Positions 57,929 to 64,000 of a DNA stretch of 64,000 bases are shown piece by piece. Source of the DNA: Bacteriovoracia bacterium (GTDB taxonomy: Bacteria > Bdellovibrionota > Bacteriovoracia > Bacteriovoracales > Bacteriovoracaceae); assembly GCA_046570105.1 (NCBI GenBank), contig JBKHVI010000001.1, forward strand, positions 32,001-96,000. The letters are read 5' to 3'. A model generated the notes under the pieces. That model did no database searches. It saw only the letters and a list, made by a program, of their open reading frames with translations, and was not told the DNA's origin. A program made the position numbers and the translations under genes. Within the stretch, counting starts at the first letter, position 1. Each line of letters begins with the position of its first letter.

Positions 57929-58810
57929 CTAACCTGACCAAACTAGTGAGCCGATCGCTCGACGAAGTTCATTAAGGCCATCCTTGCGATACCAGCCATC
58001 ACGCGTAGCATTTGATAGTATGACGTGGCCCATCATTTTCTCAGCATCAATCCAAACAGAGGTTCCCGTGAAACCAAGATGGCCGAAAGTCTGAGTCGAA
58101 CAACCGACGCCGGCCAGAGTCTCTTGAGGATTTTCAACTCGATCCCAACCAAAAATAAACCGGTGCGGATGATTGGCCATACCTGTTTTAACGAGATTAA
58201 TGAATTTTGATTCTTCTTCTAGCTTGAGAAGGGCTCGGCACACACCAGCAACAGTCCCGAAAAGACCTGCATGGCCACACCACTCTTTGATCACCCAGGC
58301 GTTAGGATCATGCACATCACCCTGAATGACGTGATTGTTGCGCTCGCCGGTCGCAACACAAGCAGCATCACCGGGAAGATTGCGCCAGAAACACACTTCT
58401 TTATCCCAAATTTTTTTCAAAATTTCAGGCGTCGTCTTTTTGAATTTATTTTCAATTTCTAAATTGGCACGAATAGCAGAGTAATCAGAATAGAGAGTCG
58501 CAGCTTCTTTTGGGTGGTATGAATTTATAATCTCTTTCCATCCGGGATTGGGAAGTAATCCCCAAGCAGGGAGTCCTGCACGATGCTCAATCAAGAGTCT
58601 CATCTCAGGAGAAAACTCTTTTGGATGAAGTGCATACACAGATGCCATTCCCAAAACTTTCGTCACTGAAGCTAGATCAAAATAAGTATCAGTGTGCCCG
58701 CAAGTCGTGAAACTTTGTTTCTTAAAGTCGATAACTCCCACCGCAAGTGCATCAAAGTGCACTTGTTGTGGGAGCATCAGTTCAATCAAACGTTGAATTT
58801 CGGGCTTCAA
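57929..58810 (-). CDS. Serine hydrolase, beta-lactamase family
   Basis: ASVTK (SxxK), YSD, GHAGLF, GHLGFTGT; start uncertain (TTG at 58810 overlaps the ppdK stop). Confidence 0.88.
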   Translation of the reverse strand: MKPEIQRLIELMLPQQVHFDALAVGVIDFKKQSFTTCGHTDTYFDLASVTKVLGMASVYALHPKEFSPEMRLLIEHRAGLPAWGLLPNPGWKEIINSYHPKEAATLYSDYSAIRANLEIENKFKKTTPEILKKIWDKEVCFWRNLPGDAACVATGERNNHVIQGDVHDPNAWVIKEWCGHAGLFGTVAGVCRALLKLEEESKFINLVKTGMANHPHRFIFGWDRVENPQETLAGVGCSTQTFGHLGFTGTSVWIDAEKMMGHVILSNATRDGWYRKDGLNELRRAIGSLVWSG

Positions 58811-61467
58811 GATTTCAGTGCTGCCTGAGCTGCTGCCAATCTTGCAATAGGAACTCGGAAAGGAGAGCAAGATACGTATTCAAGACCAATCTGATGACAG
58901 AATTCGACTGAGCTTGGTTCGCCACCATGCTCACCGCAAATTCCGGCATAAATGCTGCTGTTACCTTTTTTACCCTCTACTACGGCATGCTTCATAAGGA
59001 AGCCTACGCCATCGCGATCAATCGCCACAAATGGATCCTTTGGATAAATTCCACGGGCAGTATAGCTTGGCAAAAACTTACCAGCGTCATCGCGCGAAAG
59101 ACCGAAGGTCGTTTGTGTGAGATCGTTCGTACCAAATGAGAAAAAGTCAGCCTCCGTCGCAATCTCACGGGCCATGATACAGGCGCGAGGAAGCTCTAGC
59201 ATCGTTCCGACTTTGTACTTAACCTTGGTGCCTTTTTCTTTAAACACCAGTTCAATCTCGGCCATACATTCTTTCTTAATTGTAGCGTACTCACGCAATT
59301 CACTGGTGAGAGGAATCATGATCTCTGGAAGAGTTTTAATCCCTTGTTTCTCACACAAAATTGCAGCTTCAATGATCGCTCTCGCCTGCATCTGATAAAT
59401 CTCAGGATAAGTGATCGCTAAACGACAGCCGCGATGACCGAGCATTGGATTGAATTCGTGAAGAGCGTTGTTGCGCTCATGAATGCGCTTCTCTGAAACA
59501 CCTAAAACCTGCGCAAGCTCTCGCGCCTCATGCTCCTGGTGAGGCAAGAACTCATGAAGAGGTGGATCAAGTAAACGAATATTGGCCGGCAATCCATTGA
59601 GTGCTTTAAAAATACCTAAGAAGTCTTCACGCTGGAATGGCAGCAGCTTATCCAATGCTTTTTTTCTATCTTCTGTGGTTTCTGCAAAAATCATCTCACG
59701 AACTGCGAGAATGCGCTCAGGAGCAAAGAACATGTGTTCAGTACGACAAAGACCAATGCCTTCGGCACCAAACTCGAGGGCCACTTTGGTATCGTGAGGA
59801 GTGTCGGCGTTAGTACGAATTTTGAGACGACGAGTTTCATCGGCCCAGCCCATAAATTCAGCAAAGGCAGAAGAAATTTGTGCTTCGACTGTAGGGATCA
59901 ATCCTTCAAACACTTCACCGGTCGCACCATCAAACGTGATGAAATCACCCTCTTTAAAAGTTTTCCCTTTCACATTTAACGTTTTATTTTTTTCATCAAT
60001 AACAAGAGGAGTACAACCCGCGACACAAGGCTTGCCCATTCCGCGCGCCACCACTGCTGCGTGCGAAGTCATACCACCACGTGCAGTTAGGATTCCTGTA
60101 GCTGCCGCCATTCCGCCGATATCTTCTGGTGAAGTTTCAGTACGAAGTAGCACTACTTTTTTCCCGCCTTTCGCCCACTCTTCTGCATCTTTAGAGTGAA
60201 ATACGATATGGCCAGCTGCAGCTCCCGGAGATGCAGGCAATCCAGTTGCGAGCAACACCTTTGGAGCTTTAGGATCAAGGCGCGGATGCAAGAGCAAATT
60301 CAAATCATCAGGCGATACACGCAAAAGAGCATCTTTCTTAGTGATAAGCCCTTCATGAACTTGGTCAACTGCTACGCGCATTGCAGCCGCGACAGTGCGT
60401 TTGGCATTACGAGTTTGCAGAATATAGAAACGGCCACCTTCGATGGTGAACTCGATATCTTGCATATCGCGATAATGCTTTTCTAGCATCTGATAAGTTT
60501 GCACGAGTTCTGCATAGGCCTTAGGCATCGCCGACTCGAGAGTCTTGAACTGCTTATTTTGATCGTTGGTTGAAACGAGATTGATAGGCCATGGTGTACG
60601 AATTCCTGCCACCACGTCTTCACCTTGAGCATTAATCAAATACTCACCAAAGAATTTCTTATCGCCGGTACTTGGATCACGAGTGAAGCAAACACCCGTG
60701 GCACAGTCTTCACCAAGATTTCCAAAGACCATCGATTGAATATTGACCGCTGTTCCCCAGTCGTGAGGAATGTTGTTCATCTCGCGGTATTTCGTAGCAC
60801 GATTATTGTTCCATGAATTGAAGACCGCTGAGACAGCTCCCCACAATTGCTCCATCGGATCTTGGGGGAACTTCACACCGTGTTCTGAAAGAAGAACATC
60901 TTTGTAAACTTGTACGAGTTCTTGTAAATCGCCCGCTGTGAGCTTGGTGTCTTCATGAACACCGCGAGCTTCTTTTAAGTCTTCCAGTTGTGCTTCGAGT
61001 ACACTTCCGCGAATACCCAGGACAACGTTTGAATACATTTGAATAAAGCGACGATAAGCATCCCAAGCAAAACGAGGATTGCCCGTCTTCTTTGCCATTC
61101 CCAAAACTGTTTTGTCGTTGGTTCCAAGATTGAGAACAGTGTCCATCATCCCTGGCATAGAAGCGCGTGCGCCCGAACGAACTGAGAAGAGCAGAGGATT
61201 GGTTTCATCACCAAACTTCTTGCCAGTGAGACCTTCGACCCATTTGAGCGAGGCTTCGATTTGACCGCGAATTTCTGGTGAGATGGCCTTGTCGGTTTTG
61301 TAAAAATCAAGACATGCTTCTGTTGAAACAGTAAAACCTGGAGGGACAGGAAGCTTCAGCGCACACATCTCGGCGAGGTTAGCCCCCTTACCGCCTAGGA
61401 GTGCCTTCATGTCTTTGTTGCCCTCGGTTAACTCGGCCGAAAACTTATAGACCCATTGGTGTGCCAT
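58807..61467 (-). CDS. ppdK: Pyruvate, phosphate dikinase
   Basis: LGGKGANLAEM, GGMTSHAAVVARG, GIGLCRTEHMF, FSFGTNDL. Confidence 0.98.
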   Translation of the reverse strand: MAHQWVYKFSAELTEGNKDMKALLGGKGANLAEMCALKLPVPPGFTVSTEACLDFYKTDKAISPEIRGQIEASLKWVEGLTGKKFGDETNPLLFSVRSGARASMPGMMDTVLNLGTNDKTVLGMAKKTGNPRFAWDAYRRFIQMYSNVVLGIRGSVLEAQLEDLKEARGVHEDTKLTAGDLQELVQVYKDVLLSEHGVKFPQDPMEQLWGAVSAVFNSWNNNRATKYREMNNIPHDWGTAVNIQSMVFGNLGEDCATGVCFTRDPSTGDKKFFGEYLINAQGEDVVAGIRTPWPINLVSTNDQNKQFKTLESAMPKAYAELVQTYQMLEKHYRDMQDIEFTIEGGRFYILQTRNAKRTVAAAMRVAVDQVHEGLITKKDALLRVSPDDLNLLLHPRLDPKAPKVLLATGLPASPGAAAGHIVFHSKDAEEWAKGGKKVVLLRTETSPEDIGGMAAATGILTARGGMTSHAAVVARGMGKPCVAGCTPLVIDEKNKTLNVKGKTFKEGDFITFDGATGEVFEGLIPTVEAQISSAFAEFMGWADETRRLKIRTNADTPHDTKVALEFGAEGIGLCRTEHMFFAPERILAVREMIFAETTEDRKKALDKLLPFQREDFLGIFKALNGLPANIRLLDPPLHEFLPHQEHEARELAQVLGVSEKRIHERNNALHEFNPMLGHRGCRLAITYPEIYQMQARAIIEAAILCEKQGIKTLPEIMIPLTSELREYATIKKECMAEIELVFKEKGTKVKYKVGTMLELPRACIMAREIATEADFFSFGTNDLTQTTFGLSRDDAGKFLPSYTARGIYPKDPFVAIDRDGVGFLMKHAVVEGKKGNSSIYAGICGEHGGEPSSVEFCHQIGLEYVSCSPFRVPIARLAAAQAALKS

Positions 61468-61476
61468 GCTGACTCC

Positions 61477-62796
61477 TCAGAGATTAAATGTATCCTTCAA
61501 ATATTTTTTTACTTGATCTAAAGCCACGCGCTCTTGCACCATCGTATCGCGATGACGAACTGTGACCGCTTGGTCAGTCAGCGTATCAAAATCAACGGTG
61601 ATACAAGCTGGTGTGCCTGTCTCATCCTGGCGACGGTAACGCTTACCAATTGAGCCAGCCGTATCATAATCACACTTGAAATCTTTTTGTAATTCACGCA
61701 AGAGCTTCTCGCCTACTCCTTCGAGGTCTGGCTTCTTCATCAACGGCATAATCGCTGCTTTCACAGGTGCCAATGATGGCTTAAAGCGCATAACTGTTCT
61801 TTCTTTTTCAGCATCACCCTTGTTTTCCAAACGATAAGCATCAGAGAGAATTGCAAGTAAACAGCGATCTGCGCCGACAGAAGTTTCCAACACATAAGGA
61901 ATAAACTTTTTGTTTCCGTCGAGCTGATCGACGTACATAAGATTTTTCTTTGAGTACTCCATGTGTTGTTTCAAATCGAAATCAGTACGAGAGTGAATGC
62001 CTTCCATCTCTCCCCAACCATGAGCAAATTCATACTCAATATCAAAGGCAGCATCGGCGTAATGAGCAAGTTGTTCGTGTTTGTGGAAACGTAACTTGTC
62101 TTTTCTCAATCCCATTTCAAGATGCCAATCCCAACGGATCTGCTTCCATTGCTCCATGGCTTCGGCTTGCGTACCAGGCTTGATGAAGTATTGCATTTCC
62201 ATTTGTTCAAATTCACGCATCCGGAAAATAAAGTTTCCAGGTGTAATTTCGTTACGGAAAGCCTTTCCAATTTGTGCGATACCGAAAGGAAGTTTACGGC
62301 GCATGGTTGATTGAACGTTTAAGAAATTAACGAAAATACCTTGAGCCGTTTCAGGGCGAAGATAAATTTCTGCTGCAGATTCTTTCACTGCACCCATGTG
62401 AGTGGTAAACATCAAGTTAAAGTTACGTGGCTCAGTGAATGAGTTTTTTTCTTTGCAAGTAGGGCAAGGAGCCGAGAGATCAATTTGATCGGCACGAAAG
62501 CGACCTTTACAGGCTTTGCAATCGACTAAAGGGTCAGTGAAATTATCTACGTGACCAGAAGCTTTCCACACCATGGGATGCATGAGGATAGCGGCATCCA
62601 CACCATCAACATCGTCACGGAAAGTCATCGAACGCCACCAAGCATTCTTGATATTATTTTTGAGTTCCACACCCAAAGGTCCCATATCCCAACAAGAGCC
62701 AAGACCACCGTAAATTTCCGAGCTCTGGAAAATGAAGCCGCGACTTTTACAAAGACTGACTAGTTCACTCATTGATTGGAGGTTTTCTTCTGACAC
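61477..62796 (-). CDS. glyQS: Glycine--tRNA ligase, homodimeric (alpha2) type
   Basis: [39 protein letters not shown] start after AGGAG. Confidence 0.95.
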   Translation of the reverse strand: MSEENLQSMSELVSLCKSRGFIFQSSEIYGGLGSCWDMGPLGVELKNNIKNAWWRSMTFRDDVDGVDAAILMHPMVWKASGHVDNFTDPLVDCKACKGRFRADQIDLSAPCPTCKEKNSFTEPRNFNLMFTTHMGAVKESAAEIYLRPETAQGIFVNFLNVQSTMRRKLPFGIAQIGKAFRNEITPGNFIFRMREFEQMEMQYFIKPGTQAEAMEQWKQIRWDWHLEMGLRKDKLRFHKHEQLAHYADAAFDIEYEFAHGWGEMEGIHSRTDFDLKQHMEYSKKNLMYVDQLDGNKKFIPYVLETSVGADRCLLAILSDAYRLENKGDAEKERTVMRFKPSLAPVKAAIMPLMKKPDLEGVGEKLLRELQKDFKCDYDTAGSIGKRYRRQDETGTPACITVDFDTLTDQAVTVRHRDTMVQERVALDQVKKYLKDTFNL

Positions 62797-62918
62797 GTTG
62801 CTCTCCTGAAGGAATCTGTGAGGGTAATTTTGAGAAATTTTTACCATAATAGCGACCTTGGCGCATGAGATTTCTCCAAGAGTTAATCTCGTCCCGAATA
62901 ACCCGAGAAGTTAACACC

Positions 62919-64000
62919 ATGAAAGACGATAGGAACCCCGGCTGGCTCGAAAGCAGGTACTGGGATTTGTTTAATTTATTTGCTGCTCCAGGGCAAAAGC
63001 ACCATCCGGTTCGTGCTTATAAACTGCATTCCTTGCTGCTCACCTTTACGATTTCACAAATTTTCATGATCTTTTTTGCCGTCATCGGTGTTCGCTATAT
63101 TGAATCTCCCGTGATGCTCTATGGTCCCTCTATCTGCGTAGCAGTATCTTGGTTTGGTTTGTTGGCCTATCGGCTATGGCACAACATGTTCTTCTCATCC
63201 AATCTCTTCTTGCTATCAGTCTCAAGCTATATTTTTATCTTTTGTTGGTGCATTGATGGCTTCCGCCAAACAACTTTTGCATGGTTTGCCCTAATTCCCA
63301 TCGCTGCAGGCATGTTAACGAATCGCATCTACACTTCGGCCTGGTCGCTAGTCGTAATTATATTAGCGGCGATTGGTTATTGGGCTAGCTCTGAGGGAAT
63401 TGCTGTTAATTTGCTATCGCAGAAAGGTCACATGGCATTGACCTTAATCCAGCAACTCGGATTTCTTTTTAGCATTGGTATTATTACTTTGTTTATTCTC
63501 AACCAACAAAAAGTTGTCTCTGATTATCTGCGTGAAAAAGTCGTCTCCAAGCAAAACCTACTGCGCATTCTGGTTCACGATATTTCAACTCCACTCACGA
63601 TTATGCGTATGACGGGTCAAATGCTTGCTAACGGACAAAAAGTTGATCCGCGAATCGCTGGACTAAAAATCGACAAAAACGCAGAACAAATGACAAATAT
63701 TATTAGTCTCATTCGGGATATGGAGAGCTGGGAAGCTCATCATAAAAGTTTACCCGCCACTCCGATTGAACTTGTCTCACTGCTCGATCAGGTTGTGGAA
63801 CTTTACAATAATCGCCTTGTTACTAAAGGGATTCACGTCGCTAAATTTTACTCAAGCGAAGTTTATGTCTTAGGTCACGAAACGATGCTCGTGCATCAAA
63901 TTTTTGGTAATTTACTGAGTAACGCCATTAAGTTTTCAAATCAACAAAGTCGCATTGAAATTGGTATCGAGCCACTCTCCGCCCATCAAGTTTCAGTCGT
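62919..64000 (+). CDS. Membrane-bound sensor histidine kinase (3'-truncated by window edge)
   Basis: Manual translation from ATG 62919: several TM helices, LVHDISTPL H-box, NLLSNAIKFS N-box; not in the ORF track. Confidence 0.88.
   Translation, partial: MKDDRNPGWLESRYWDLFNLFAAPGQKHHPVRAYKLHSLLLTFTISQIFMIFFAVIGVRYIESPVMLYGPSICVAVSWFGLLAYRLWHNMFFSSNLFLLSVSSYIFIFCWCIDGFRQTTFAWFALIPIAAGMLTNRIYTSAWSLVVIILAAIGYWASSEGIAVNLLSQKGHMALTLIQQLGFLFSIGIITLFILNQQKVVSDYLREKVVSKQNLLRILVHDISTPLTIMRMTGQMLANGQKVDPRIAGLKIDKNAEQMTNIISLIRDMESWEAHHKSLPATPIELVSLLDQVVELYNNRLVTKGIHVAKFYSSEVYVLGHETMLVHQIFGNLLSNAIKFSNQQSRIEIGIEPLSAHQVSV

Noticed and set aside
61477..62796. Eukaryote-like glycyl-tRNA synthetase as a sign of gene transfer
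   Set aside because: The alpha2 type is widespread in bacteria.

Overview
Core chromosomal region of a bacterium that most resembles a predatory Bdellovibrionota (Bacteriovoracia-like) organism; this is inferred from gene content and order, not from a search. The window contains tpiA-secG, ssb, an mreCD-mrdA-rodA operon without mreB, a large flagellar basal-body/hook operon (flgBC-fliEFGHIJ-fliK-flgD-flgE), mlaEFD, metK, mpl, ppdK and an alpha2-type glyQS. Accessory genes include Fic, an AAA_14/DUF4143 ATPase, an HTH-PIN pair, and a DUF692/MNIO RiPP cluster with its ECF sigma/anti-sigma. The most unexpected signal is a pair of homologous ~170-nt intergenic elements (529-693 and 14252-14423). 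They share conserved core motifs, fully covarying stems and TCAG-flanked ends, and one copy sits between 10-bp direct repeats. They are a candidate undescribed structured ncRNA or non-autonomous mobile element family. Other points of interest: GGA-loop hairpins and FleQ-like boxes around the flagellar genes, a degenerate sigma54 activator, a frameshifted PAS kinase and a bipolar histone-H1-like protein.
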